Source: Octopus vulgaris (taxonomy: Eukaryota). From it: a DNA stretch of 64,000 nucleotides. The stretch lies in NCBI GenBank assembly GCA_951406725.2, contig OX597818.1:115444001-115508000 (forward strand), in the 5' to 3' direction. The notes under the pieces are model-generated. The model did not search any database, was not told where the DNA came from, and saw nothing but the letters and a program-made list of their open reading frames with translations. Below, piece by piece: positions 24,546-37,825 of this stretch (position 1 is its first letter; every line of letters starts with the position of its first letter). The position numbers and the translations under genes were made by a program.

Positions 24546-26703
24546 AAAAACCAGTTTACATATTTCTTTTGCATTCTCTTGTATTATAATTATATCATTT
24601 TACTTGTAACTACACCTTTTCTGTTTTAAAACCCATAAAAAACTATTTTTGAGTGGTTTTGCAGGGCTGGAATGGATTAATTATATTTTAGTTAATTTCA
24701 ATGGAGAAAATTAATTTGTAAAACGAGTAAATCATAAGACAAGCTCAGTCATGGAATGAATTAAACTCGGACTGCAAGGTATCACTGTACATTCAAAGAA
24801 AAAAAAAAAAATAATAATAACAAAGTAACTACAAAGCATTTTAAATTATTTGCAAATTCCTCAAACAGCAAATTACAATTATAATAATTGTGGATAGTTT
24901 TTATTGGAAGCAGGGAGCATTCTGAATGGATCTTAATAAGATGAAATTATAAAACACTAATAAATATTTTATTGTCCTGTCTGTTGGAATGGAATCTAAT
25001 TGCTTTACAACAAGGTCAGGTCTTATTAATGCCAATTTGGCCTTCTGGAATTGAATTAGCTAACCTTTACTGATTCACAATCTGAAGACAGGATGAAGTT
25101 ATTATCAGCAATAAGAATTCCATTAATTAGGAATCAAACCTAAGGCAAGTGTAGCTATACATGTCACCTTGTAAGTATAGAGAGCAATGTGTGTAGAGAA
25201 AAGCAAAATGTTGACCTTAGGAACAAAATGGTCTGGCAGCTTCATTCACTAAGCTTTTATGTTAAGATAATAAAAGTATTCTCTTCTTCGCCAAAGTATT
25301 GATTTTTTTTTATGTGAATGATGAGGAAATTAATTTGTCTGGTGGAGAAGATTTAGCTAGCATGCGCTTGTTGATGAAATGCTAGATCTCAAAGCAATGT
25401 TACATTTAGATTGATAATGACAAAAATATCATCATCATCACTTAACATCCACTTCCCATACTGGCACGAGTTGGATGGTTTGACAGGAGCGGCAAGCTGG
25501 CAGAAATGTTAGCGCGCTGGGCGAAATGCTAAGCAGTATTTCGTCTGCCGCTACATTCTGAGTTCAAATTCCGCCGAGGTCGACTTTGCTTTTCATCCTT
25601 TCGGGGTCGATTAAATAAGTACCAGTTACACATTGGGGTCGATGTAATCGACATAATCCGTTTGTCTATCCTTGTTTGTCCTCTCTGTGTTTAGCTCCTT
25701 GTGGGTAGTAAAGAAATAGGTTTGACAGGAGCTGGGGCGGGGAGGGGGGTCAGTGAACAGCATCAAACTCTACTCTCTGTTTTGGCATGGTTTCTACGGC
25801 TGAATGACCTTCCTAACACCAATCACTTTACAGAGTGGTATCAAGTGCTTATCACAGAGCACCAGCAAGGTCAAACATACTTAAAACATGGGGTGCAATG
25901 TGATTGTGCCATCATCATCATCATCGTTTAATGTCCATTTTCCATGCTAGTATGGGCTGGACAGTTCAACCAGGGTCTGGGAAGCCAGGAGGCTGTGCCA
26001 GGCTCCAGTCTGATCTGGCAGTGTTTCTACAGCTGGATGCCCTTCCTAACGCCAACCACTCCATGAGTGTAGTGGGTGCTTTTTACGTACCACCAGCACA
26101 GGGGCCAGATCTTCTAAAATATAAAACATTTCTGATGCAAGTCATAATTCAAAGTTTGGAATGATATTTCTAGGGACTTTAAATTTTTTCTGTTCTCTTA
26201 ATAGCAAAATAGAAAATAACCTCAGGGGATTAGCTCCAACGCGAAGACATTAAGAAGAGAGAAAACTCTTACCCTGACAGGGATATAGGCAACATTGATC
26301 TCAAACAGTCGTGAACACACTGCAGACCATGGAACTTTCTGAATGGCACACCAATGAAATTTACCCTACATTTTTTTAGTAGTATGGCCTACCTGATGAT
26401 GAGCTTGAATCGTCTCTCAACAACTAAGTGGATTAAGACCATCTGGAATAAAATATTCTTGCAGTAGGTTTCAACTCAAGACCCATAAGTAGATTTTTAT
26501 TGTTAGGAAGTCCAAATTGGGATACAATATCTTCAAAACACACATAAGTCTTTCACAATGGTCTGATATCATTGTGGTTGTTTAGCCAAGGTCAGTCAAG
26601 ATCAATAGATCAAATGATCAAAGACATTCGAACTGTGACCATTCTGTTGTTTATTTTTTAGGGTGTTCTTTAAATACAGGTTAATGATGAAATATTAACT
26701 TAC

Positions 26704-26790
26704 CGATCAAAGGAATCTAGAGCCATATCATAAAAAAAGCGTATCATCAAACAAGCTGATTGAAGTGTCAAGGGTAGAAGATGCTTGGTT
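26704..26790 (-). CDS. WDFY3: WDFY3 exon 13 (TKHLLPLTLQSACLMIRFFYDMALDSFD)
   Basis: TTTCAG/GTAAGT, phase 2/2, 87 nt. Confidence 0.88.
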
Positions 26791-28671
26791 CTGAAAAACA
26801 GAGAAAATGGGAATCAGTCACCAGTCGATGACATGAAGTAAAATGGTAAATAGAAAGTTTAACCCTTTAGCAATCAGCTCAAATATTCTATGTTTTATGT
26901 CCAAACTGGTTACATCTAGCCTTTCACACCTACCCTACAATGCTATTCTAAAAAAAAAAAAAAAAAAAACAATAACATCACTAAAATCTCAAAGATACAA
27001 GATAAGGCTTGATTAATTCAAAACAATGTGAATAAATAAGCATTTGACAGAATAACCTGATTATCATGGAGTTTATGGTTTATTGATCATCATCATCGTT
27101 TAACATCTGCTTTCCATGCTAGCATGGGTTGGGCGATTTTGACTGAGGGCTGGCAAATCAGATGGCTGCACCAGGCCCCAATCTTGATCTGGCAGAGTTT
27201 CTACAGCTGGATGCCCTTCCTAATGCCAACCACTCCGAGAGTGTAGTGGGTGCTTTTTACGTGCCACTGGCATGGGGGCCAGTCAGGTGGTACTGGCAAT
27301 GACTTCGCTCGAATATTTTTACACATGCCACCAGCACAGGTGCCAATAAGGCGACTATATGTGGAAATATGATAAATGACTGAGGAATTTGTAGTTCCAC
27401 TAGGTTTTATATTTGGAAAGAAATTTTGATAAAATACCAGACAATACATAATCTGATTGACTAAATCATTTGAAATGAATTTGTCTCACATTAATTAATC
27501 TATCTTCTGAACAGAAAAGCAATCTATTGTATTTAACTTGCTGAGAAGTTCTAGTAATTATTCACTACAGTTAAGAGAATATAGGCACTTAAAATAAAGA
27601 CAATAAAATTCTTTGCTTTCATTTGGATTTTCGAAATGTTTCACAAGTTCAATTCTTGCTCCTGTCAATCATTTGTTTCTACTGAATAAAACTATTTTGT
27701 CAGAAGGTGTTGCTGAAAACACAAAGCAAGATTGAACCTAAGATTATGTGGTCCTAAGGTGATTCTATTAACCATGCAGCCAGCCATTACTATTTTGTGT
27801 ACCTCAAATATGGTAAGTAGTTATTGCCCCACATTTTAGAATCAAAAGTAACTTAATGCTTTCGTTACTGTGTTTATTTTGAGATGCTCTGTGTTTCTTT
27901 CAATTAGTTTAGATATAACAAAGAATTTAGTAAAGTAACTTCGTTATCATTAAGCTAGTTTTTTAGGAACATTAATTGTGACAAAGATTTGGTGGAAGAT
28001 TTTAATTCAAATCCTATGAAACCAAGACATTTGTACAACAGAGCCAGAGGCTGTTTCAGCCAGGTTGGTATCACAAGGGTTAACAGAATGTATATTGTAT
28101 TTTTTATTTCTCCTAAGAATAAGGTTAGAATCAGAAATGTCATGTTTATAATTTTCACAAGTGTATTAATGATAAAAAAGAAGTGAAAAATCTAAAACTG
28201 GGAACCAAAACTAAACCAAAACCATTGAGAGATCACAGCTTTTGTATTACGGACATATTAGAATGTTGTAGAAAAGAATCACAAGAATGATTCTTGAAGC
28301 CAAACCAATAGGCAGAGGACCAAGAGATAGAACAAGATGACTGGATAATATCCATAATCTCAGTTGATCATGTTTGGGAATCCAACTGGAATGTCCAATA
28401 ATGGTTGGTTCTCATAGGACTCTATAGAAGAGGTGCCTGAGGTCCCTAACCCCATGACCGTTTTAGGAATACTGGGCAGAGAAGATGAATGGCTGGATGG
28501 ATATAACGTTAAATAAATTATTCAAGGATCTTTTAAAAATATATTTACAGTGTTATCGTCACTTTCTACCATTTAAGAGAATTTTTGGGGAACCTCAAAC
28601 AAATATTTCAGACAAATTCCAGACATAGAACAACCACCAAACAACAACAGAGAAAAAAAATAAAATCTTAC

Positions 28672-28835
28672 TTGCTGTCTTTAACATCATTGAAGAAATC
28701 CTCAAAAATGGCAATGGATTCTGGGATAGACTGAATTTCTTCTTGATTTGTTTCTTCAGAATCTGGTAGAATGTCAATGGTATTGGAAAAGCAGCCAAGC
28801 AGCCGTGCAGCTTCTGTTAAACTATCATACCGAAC
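28672..28835 (-). CDS. WDFY3: WDFY3 exon 12 (VRYDSLTEAARLLGCFS...DVKDS)
   Basis: TTCTAG/GTAAGA, phase 0/2, 164 nt. Confidence 0.9.
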
Positions 28836-29086
28836 CTAGAAATGCAAAGAGAGATGTGAGGAGAAAAAGAAAATCAAAAAAAATTTTTACAGAAAATGAG
28901 TGGAATTTTTCGGACCAAAATTCACAGGATTCAAAGAGGTAGCAACAATATTTGAGTCTTTACACAACAAACTACTTGTATGCTGGGAAATACAATATGC
29001 AACAAACAAACAAAAAAAAATCCTCTTACCAAAAAAAAAAAATGGTAAAAAGACAAAAATTTTTTTTAATCCTTGATTATATTTAC

Positions 29087-29187
29087 CTCAGTTGAGAAGA
29101 ATTTTGCATTTGCAGGTTCATATCGCATGGCAACTGTTAGGGTACTGAAAACTGTTTTTAACATGGTCAAAATTTCTTCTCTGTCAA
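29087..29187 (-). CDS. WDFY3: WDFY3 exon 11 (DREEIL...AMRYEPANAKFFSTE)
   Basis: TTTCAG/GTAAAT, phase 1/0, 101 nt. Confidence 0.92.
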
Positions 29188-29390
29188 CTGAAAAGATACA
29201 AAACACAATATTAACCATTTTTGTCACTAACCCAGCTGAAACTGATTCTGGCTCTGAGTACAAATGTCTTGTTTTGTTAAGTTTTGAATTAAAATCTTCT
29301 ACCAAACCTTAGTCACAATCTATGTTCCTAACACCAGCTTAATGATAACTAAGTTATTTTACTAATTTATACCAGTGGTTTCATACAATA

Positions 29391-29444
<54 letters not shown>

Positions 29445-30080
29445 TCATCACCATCATCATCGTTTAACACCCGTTTTCCATGCTGGCATGGGTTGGACAG
29501 GTTGGCTGAGGTCTGGAGAGCCAGTGGCTGCACCAGGCTCCAATCTGATCTGGCAATGTTTCTACAGTTGGATGCCCTTCCTAATGCCAACGACTCTGAG
29601 AGTGTAGTTGGTGCTTTTTACGTGCCACTGGCACAGGAGCCAGTTAGGCAGACCTGGCATCAATCATGCTTAGGTAGTGCTTTTTATGTGCTACTGGCAT
29701 GGAAGCCAGTCAGGGGGCACTGGCCACTGCTACGATATTGGTTTTACTTGACTCAACGGGTCTTCTCAAGCATATCATATCGCAAAACACATCAGGGGTA
29801 CTCTTAACTGGGCTGGACATGTGCGGTTGCGATCTCACTTTAATTGCCGGGTCTTCTCAATCACAGTGTATCTCCAAAGGTCTTGGTCTCCTGTCATTGC
29901 CTCTGTGAAGCCTAATGTTCAAAGGTCATGCTTCACCACCCCATCCCATGTCTTCCTGGGTCTACCTCCTCCACAGGTTCCTTCCACAGTTATATGTGTG
30001 TGTGTGTGTACACATTGTTTGTTTTTATGTTCAGTTATAATAAAAACAAGTTTCACATTAATCTGAAAGGTTACTCCAGG

Positions 30081-30300
30081 CATTATTTACATTTGACAGA
30101 TAAATTTGTCCTCATCTTGTTTGTTGTTAACACAACGTTTCAGCTGATATACCCTCCAGCCTTCATCAGGTGTCTTGGGGAAATTTTGAACCTGGGTTCT
30201 CATTCCTCAGGTATTTTTTGATATTTCAGGTCACTGCCTGAAATTAAACTTGGAATCTCGGGGTTAGAAGCCCACACTCTTAACCACTACGCCATATACC
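30081..30300 (-). mobile_element. H1 element, single copy
   Basis: Same tail and tRNA-like head as the 16.8, 21.8 and 39.7 kb copies. Confidence 0.8.
30129..30174 (-). ncRNA. Predicted minimal type I hammerhead ribozyme (family H1), intact core
   Basis: GACAC-CUGAUGA-A-GGCUG(GAGGGUAUAU)CAGCU-GAAA-CG-U-U-GUGUU: stem I GACAC/GUGUU, stem II, palindromic AACGUU helix III. Confidence 0.7.
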
Positions 30301-30425
30301 AGCAGAGTACAACTTGATTATTCTTTAACATGAATAGTAGTGACAGTGACTTCGAAGTTTTGGCCAGCTATGCCATCATGAGACTGTAAATGAAGAACTA
30401 ATGGAATAATTGAATAGAAAGTTAC

Positions 30426-30564
30426 CTGTGTGCCATGGTGACTTTGGAGGTTCGGATAAACACCCTTCCATTGACACAAGCACCGACATCACGTACACAA
30501 ATCCACCAACTTTACGGAACACTGTTCTTGTACGATGGCTCTCACGTAAAACGTTCAGCAGAGA
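30426..30564 (-). CDS. WDFY3: WDFY3 exon 10 (SLLNVLRESHRTRTVFRKVGGFVYV...PWHT)
   Basis: TTGCAG/GTAACT, phase 0/1, 139 nt. Confidence 0.93.
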
Positions 30565-30748
30565 CTGCAAGATAAGGGGCCACAATTATTATTTTAAAAA
30601 AACAATATTGGTCATGCAGAAGAACTGAACCCAAGACCGCATGGATGGGAAGCAAGCTTCTTAACCACACAGCCTAGATAAACGTTGCAAAAAAAAAAAT
30701 AGAAAATAAACAAAAATGGATGTAAATATATTGAATTTTCCTTCATAC

Positions 30749-30942
30749 CTTTAATATGTGAGTTTTAAGTTGCAGTGCAGTTACGGGTGCTGTGTGCATG
30801 AGTCCTAAAAGAGTGCCCATGTCATCATCACCTCCAGGAGACAGAACCAGCTGCTGGACAATGTTAAGGGCTTGGTGCTGGCAATCAACATAAGGCACCA
30901 TATTATGAGCACATCGTGCTCCTCCACACTCATGGAACACAC
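30749..30942 (-). CDS. WDFY3: WDFY3 exon 9 (VFHECGGARCAHN...GDDDMGTLLGLMH...ILK)
   Basis: AAACAG/GTATGA, phase 1/0, 194 nt. Confidence 0.93.
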
Positions 30943-31299
30943 CTGTTTAAAAAGAAAAAAAAATGGGAAATCAAGGTTATCAAGGGATGTTGGGGGGGGG
31001 GACAAACACAGACACACACATATACACATATATACAAGGGATTTTTTTTTTCCTTCTACCAAATCTACTCATAAGGCTTTGGTCGGCCTGAGATTATAGT
31101 AGAAGACACTTGCTTGAGGTGCCACACAGTGGGACTGAACACGGAACCATGTGGTTGGTAAGCAAGATAATTACCACACAGTCACTCCTATGCCTTTAAA
31201 GAAATTTAAAGGGGAAAAAAATACCATATCCAATGAATATGGTGTTAGAAATAAATCATCGATTCAACTTTCAGCCACCAAACAACAAGAAATACTTAC

Positions 31300-31392
31300 T
31301 GGCATTGGCACTGTTTCCATTCAGCAGATTTGCCAGGGCTTCCATGACATAGAATCCCAAAGTCATCTGCTCTTCTGATATTTTGAAATGTT
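31300..31392 (-). CDS. WDFY3: WDFY3 exon 8 (EHFKISEEQMTLGFYVMEALANLLNGNSANA)
   Basis: TTACAG/GTAAGT, phase 1/1, 93 nt. Confidence 0.88.
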
Positions 31393-32555
31393 CTGTAAAA
31401 GATAACAAAGAAATAGCTTTAATCCTTTAAAAACTCATCCTCCATAAAACACCAGTTTTGACATGTTTCTAACAAGAACATTGCCATGGCATTACATTAT
31501 TTCTATTATTGAATTAACAGTGTATTAAAACGGCTTCATACCATTCTTATAAAGCTCAGCTTTCAGCCGGAAAAGAATCCCTTTATAGATGTATTGCGTT
31601 AAAAAATATACTTCAGAGCCAGGTGTAACAAAGTCACCCCAAAACTGATTCCAAGACTTGCATCCTTCAAACCAATGTATAATTTACACTCTGTGTTTAT
31701 ACAGTTCAGATTGGCCAATTTGACTTTCTTTCAGAAGTGACATGAGCATGTGACATTGACAAGCAACAACAATGTGATATGTCGCTCTCGCAGTCACTTC
31801 CAAGGTGATTTCATATTGCCCAGCTGTGGAGTATATTGTGGCATTTTAACAGAATGTATCTATAAAGGCAGTTTTACCAGGATGAAAAACTGCAGGTTTT
31901 GATTTTTCAAAAATACACATTTATTAACCCTTCTGTTACCATATTTCTGTTGAGATGTTCTGTGTTTCTTTCAATTATTTCTAAATATAACAAAGAATGG
32001 CTGAGTTTGTCAATAGCTTGTAATAATGGGATGAAATTTATGAATGAATGGCATTTTAATTATTTGCTGATGAGAAGCTGATAATAGGATACTACTAAAA
32101 ATGTATCTTTTATCTCTTTACAGTTAAGGGACAGCACCCATGTTGGGGAACCACTTAGAAAAAATTTTTAGTTGAACAAATTGACTGCAGTACTAAGTCT
32201 TTAAAGCCTGATATATATTTTCCGTCTCCCACTGGCTCCCCTGCTAGTGGCATGCAATAAGCACCATTCATTCATGCGTGGGTCACTGCCAGTGTCACTT
32301 GACTGGCTTCCCATGCCGGTGGCACATAAAAAGCACCATTTGAACGTGGTCAATGCCAGCCCTCCTTCCCTGCTCTGATTGGCACTTGTGCTGGTGGCAC
32401 ATAAAAAGCACTATCCAAATGTGGCCAATGCCAGAACCTCCTGACTGGCTCCTGTGCCAATGGCACATAAAAAGCACCCACTACACTCTTGGAGTGGTTG
32501 GTGTTAGGAAGGGTATCCAACTGTAGAAACATTGCCAGATCAGATTGAACCTGGT

Positions 32556-32645
32556 GCCGAAACGTTGTGTTAACAACAAACAAGATGGGGACAAATATCC
32601 ATCACATGTAAACAATGTACTCAATTCTCTTAAAAATAGAACTGT
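32556..32645 (+). mobile_element. H1 element 3' tail fragment
   Basis: gccgaaacgttgtgttaacaacaaacaagatggggacaaatatcc matches the H1 tail. Confidence 0.7.
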
Positions 32646-32865
32646 ATTAATAAAAGGTCTTCGAAGCCCACAAACTTACCATGTTCAAATAAAAAAGACA
32701 AATTGAATCTATACAATCCTAGATATTCAAAAACCAACAGAAGTTTGGGATACTCACAGCTTGCACATCAATGATTGCAAAAGCACACAAAAGGAGCTAG
32801 CCTTTGGCTTAAACAACAACATCAATATAAATATAATGATAAATAATAGAAGAAACAGTAATTAC

Positions 32866-33026
32866 CAACTCCATTCTGAGGATCTTTCAGAAGAGCAGCA
32901 TACCGATGTAGACATGTAACCATGACTTCCAACATACCAACTTCCCGAAACACATCTTTGTAGACAGTGTGGTAGCGTAATATCTTCAGCAAACTTTTCA
33001 TGCAGATAATACTGCATTCAATGGAA
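32866..33026 (-). CDS. WDFY3: WDFY3 exon 7 (SIECSIICMK...KDVFREVGMLEVMV...KDPQNGV)
   Basis: TCGCAG/GTAATT, phase 2/1, 161 nt. Confidence 0.92.
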
Positions 33027-33422
33027 CTGCGAGAAGAAGAGTACAGCAATAAATACATACGCACATATAGACATTATATATATATATATATAGATGAGTG
33101 TATTTTTACCTTGTTAACAATTAACACGGAAAAATTAATAAATAGTTACCAGGGCAGCAAAAATCTCACAAGTAAAGGTGTTGTAACTCCTTGTTTATAA
33201 AGGTAGAAACTTCGTGTTTACGTTGAATATTTTGAATAATATGAATAAAAAATGGAGTTAACGCTAAAATGTCTTATTGACAAGTTTCGTTTTTTTCACT
33301 TTCCTGAGGAGAAGATTGCATTGTTTATACCATTTATTCTTTTGAATAGTATCAGTGGAATTTTCAAAACATGTGTTGAAAGTAAAAATATTTGATTACA
33401 CCTGCGTTAACTCCATTTTTTA

Positions 33423-33426
<4 letters not shown>

Positions 33427-33460
<34 letters not shown>

Positions 33461-33520
33461 TAGATAGATATATATATAGATAGAGAGAGAGAGAGAGAGA
33501 GAGACATAAATGCATATATA

Positions 33521-33564
<44 letters not shown>

Positions 33565-33610
33565 TGCATACACACAGATACATATAAATATATACACACA
33601 TATATGCACA

Positions 33611-33658
<48 letters not shown>
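33427..33658. repeat. Compound (TA)n/(GA)n microsatellite
   Basis: Seen directly. Confidence 0.9.
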
Positions 33659-33661
<3 letters not shown>

Positions 33662-34079
33662 TGTAGAAAACAAATCTGGAGAGGAAGCATACTCTAAGAT
33701 GTAAGAGCAGTGTATATTTTAATGAGGAAGGCCGGTTTATGGAATTACCCTGGGTTTCCCGTCCATAAAGGTTTTAGCTTTATAGCATATCGTCTGACCC
33801 CAAAACCTGTTGGTTCAAAATTTGGAGAGGGAGGCTTTTTTCCCTCCATATTTTGAAGAGGTCTCCGGCCAACAGGTTTTGGGGTCTGATGATACGCTAT
33901 AAAGCTAAACCCTTAATGGATGGGAAAGCCAGGGTAAACACCCATAAACCGGCCTTCCTCATTGAAATATATATATATATACATATAGATAGATAATTGT
34001 TAAAGAGGACAACAAACATTAAGACAAGACAAACATCTCAAGTCATATACAATATTATCATTGGAAAAAGTTCAAAGTT

Positions 34080-34165
<86 letters not shown>

Positions 34166-34342
34166 TATATATACACACACGTATGTGTGTTTGCATGTAA
34201 GCATGCATACACACACAAACACAGAGGGTCACACGAGAAACAACAAAACATAAAACCCAAATTAATCACCAGGATGTAAGTAGTTCAGAATAATTAGTAA
34301 TTAGTAGGTGGTAATAATCCAAACTAAGGTACTTATACTTAC

Positions 34343-34440
34343 TGTTGAGTTTTGATGAGTATGCTCAGACTGATGAGCTCTTTACAGGGCACAAAGTTCA
34401 AATTAAACACGATGAATTCTAACAATTCAAAGAATTTTTG
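34343..34440 (-). CDS. WDFY3: WDFY3 exon 6 (QKFFELLEFIVFNLNFVPCKELISLSILIKTQ)
   Basis: TTGCAG/GTAAGT, phase 0/2, 98 nt. Confidence 0.93.
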
Positions 34441-34932
34441 CTGCAAAGAAAAAAAATTAATAAATAAAAATAAATGAGTAAACAAACATGAGAAAAATAT
34501 ATTTCTTCAGGTTTTGGCAATTTTCAACATTTCATTCATTAATTTTATTGGGTTTTTTTTTCATCTATTTTTATTTCAATAAAAGAGGTTGGTGGTGGTG
34601 GGAGAGGTGGCAGTTCCAAGTGATTATTAGAGGTCCTTCTATGATTACTGGAACTGATAGGGTGGGGGGTGAATACCCTATCTGAACATCTGAAGACCAA
34701 TGACTGCCGGGGGGGGGGATAAAAACATGGTTTGGGTGGTGCATGAGGATGGTGGTGGGGGCAAGATCTGAAACGGAATGTTAGCAACAATAAAACAAAC
34801 TCTTGTTAAAAGCAACCCAGATCTAGGTAGCAGAGTTAAATTGAGGCAGATGTTAGGCTTGACAACATAAATATTTAATATATTCACAGAGGAAACAATG
34901 ATCTAGGTCAGATCAAAGTATATTAATCCTAG

Positions 34933-35212
34933 ATTATCATATTATTATTACTATTATTATTATTATTATTATTATTACTATTATTATTATCATCATTATT
35001 ATTATTATTATAACTATTATTATTATCATTACTATTATTACTATTACTATTATTATTACTATTACTATTATTATTATTATTATTACTATTATTATTATCA
35101 TCATTTATTATTATTATTATTATTACTATTATTATTATTATTATTATTATTACTATTACTATTATTATTATTATTATTATTATTATCATCATTTATTATT
35201 ATTATTATCATC

Positions 35213-35252
<40 letters not shown>
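34933..35252. repeat. (ATT)n microsatellite
   Basis: Seen directly. Confidence 0.92.
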
Positions 35253-36566
35253 GCTGCTGTTGTTCATCAATATGAGATTCTGTAGAGAGTTCACTGAGTT
35301 GGTTTGCTAACAGAAGTAAATGGGATGCTTGCCATTCATCTAAGAGAGATAATACACACACACAAATTTTTATCACCATCATCATTGTTTAACGTCCGTT
35401 TTCCATGCCGTCATGGGTTGAACAGTTTGACTGGAGACTGGCAAGCCGGGAGGCCGCACCAGGCTCCAACCTAATCTGGCAATATTTCTATGGCTGGATG
35501 CCTTTCCTAATGCCAACCACGCTGAGAGTGTAGTGGGTGCTTTTTATGGGCCACCAGCACAGGGGTCAGTCAGTGAAATCTTAGTCGTGGCAGATACTGG
35601 TGTCACACAAATGGCACCCATGTAGGTGGCATATAAAGGCACCCATTACACTCTCAGAGTGATTGGTGTTAGGAAGGGCATCCAGCCAGAGAAAACCATT
35701 GCAAATCAGACTGGAGTCTGGTGCAGCCTTCCAGCTTACCAGCCCTGGTCAAACCATGCAACCCATGCCAGCATGGACAACGGACGTTAATGATGATGAT
35801 GATGTATATAAGTGCTATCACCTTAGTTATAACACAGAAAATGAAAAGAGCAAATGTCCGAAATGTTAGGCAAATTCACTCCATACAATAAATCACCTCA
35901 TTGAACATGTCTATGAATTTTCATGATAATTAATTTTTGCCAACATATCACCAATTTCCTTGGTTTCTATGTTTTAATCCTTTTTCTTATTGTTGTTGGT
36001 TTGCCAAATTAACAGGTGTGTGGGTGTGTGCGTGTACAGGTATGTGTATATGTATAGCTACATATGGGTAAGATGTTGAATAGTAAAAATTATTTTCTCT
36101 AATAGTTTAACAATTATTAAGATTTTCAAAACCTATTGCAGTTACTGAAGCAGAAAATTAGGAGTGTACACACATAAACACAATTTACACATTCACACAC
36201 AGACACTGCACACATATACACACACATATACATTACATGCATACCTAACACATACACCCTCTAAACAACTTACATCATATATACATGTACACACATATCA
36301 CAACTTACACCATTTCTCCACACTCACACACAGATACAATACACAAAAACTATGCACACACATCATGCAGGATGTATCATACACACACACATACACACAC
36401 ACACACACACCTCAGATGGAAAATATGTTCGCATACATCCCATAAAACTCATGCACAAACATTACTAAATATTGACACACATACACAGACACACACATTT
36501 TTTAAATAAATAGGTTTTATCATTTTTATCTTCCTTGTTGTCCTCACATTCTGTTGTGTATGCGTG

Positions 36567-36619
<53 letters not shown>

Positions 36620-37825
36620 ATGTGTACACACAAGGCAGACAGCAAAAGAATGTGCATATGTGTGGCAGACAGCAATGTTTATTTGTTAATTTTCAAAGAA
36701 AATCATCATTATCATCATTTAACATCTGCTTTCCATGCTAGCATGGGTTGGACGATTTGACTGAGGAGTCCTTTAGGGGTCAGGGGTCAATAAATAAGTA
36801 CCAGTTAAGTATTGGGGGGAGGTCAATGAAATCAATTTTCCTACCTCCCCCCAAAGTGTTGGCTTTGTACTGAAATTTTAAATCAATGTCATTCTAGATA
36901 CACTATATGTCTCAATAATCTTTTCTACTCTAGGCACAAGACCTGAAATTTCTGGAGAGGGGGCCAGTCGATTAGATCGACCCTAGTACACAACTGGTAC
37001 TTAATTTAGCAACCCCAAAAGGATGGAAGGCAAAGTCGACCTCAGCGGGATTTGAACTCAGAACACAAAAACAGATGAAATACCTATTTCTTTACTACCC
37101 ACAAGGAGCTAAACACAGAGGGAACAAACAAGGACAGACAAATGGATTAAGTCGATTATATCGACCCCAGTGCATAACTGGTACTTATTTAATCGACCCC
37201 CCGAAAGGATGAAAGGCAAAGTTGACCTCAGCGGAATTTGAACTCAGAATGTAGCGGCAGACAAAATACTGCTAAACATTTCGCCTGGTGTGCTAACATT
37301 TCTGCCAGCTCACCACCTTACTATATATCTCAACAATGACAGGATAGCCACAACTAGAACGTCTTTGGTTATAGACCTGCTTCATCAGGACTGACCCAGC
37401 ATGAAGCAATCAACAACATAATGATTACATTAGAAATGTCAGCAGCAGCTACTTCATCTGTTTTGCTCTTCATTCATTTTCACGCTAATTAGATTGAACA
37501 AATATTTTGTTTTCACACAATGATTTTCTTCCTTTGTTATTAAGTTTTTAACATGTTTGTCATCCTCCATGCAGTCTTCCTATTGTTAACCATGCAATGA
37601 AACTACTGAGCGCTGGAGAACTTGCTGAGGCCGGAGAGAAATTAGGTCAGTATGTTTGATCTTTTGAATGGCAGGCAAAAATATTAATTTACTTGAGAGA
37701 GGAAATACAAGTGGACTGTGAAAACAGCCAAGCATTAAAGACATCTATCTTATTTTCCAGCACACGAGTCAAATTTTTCAGACAAAAATTCATAGCAAGA
37801 AAATGGCCTCTCTCTCTCTCTCTCT

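Noticed and set aside
33881-33915. CTGATGA...AAAC as a fourth hammerhead
   Set aside because: G12 is absent in both arms, the left arm lacks the core, and there is no stem I partner.
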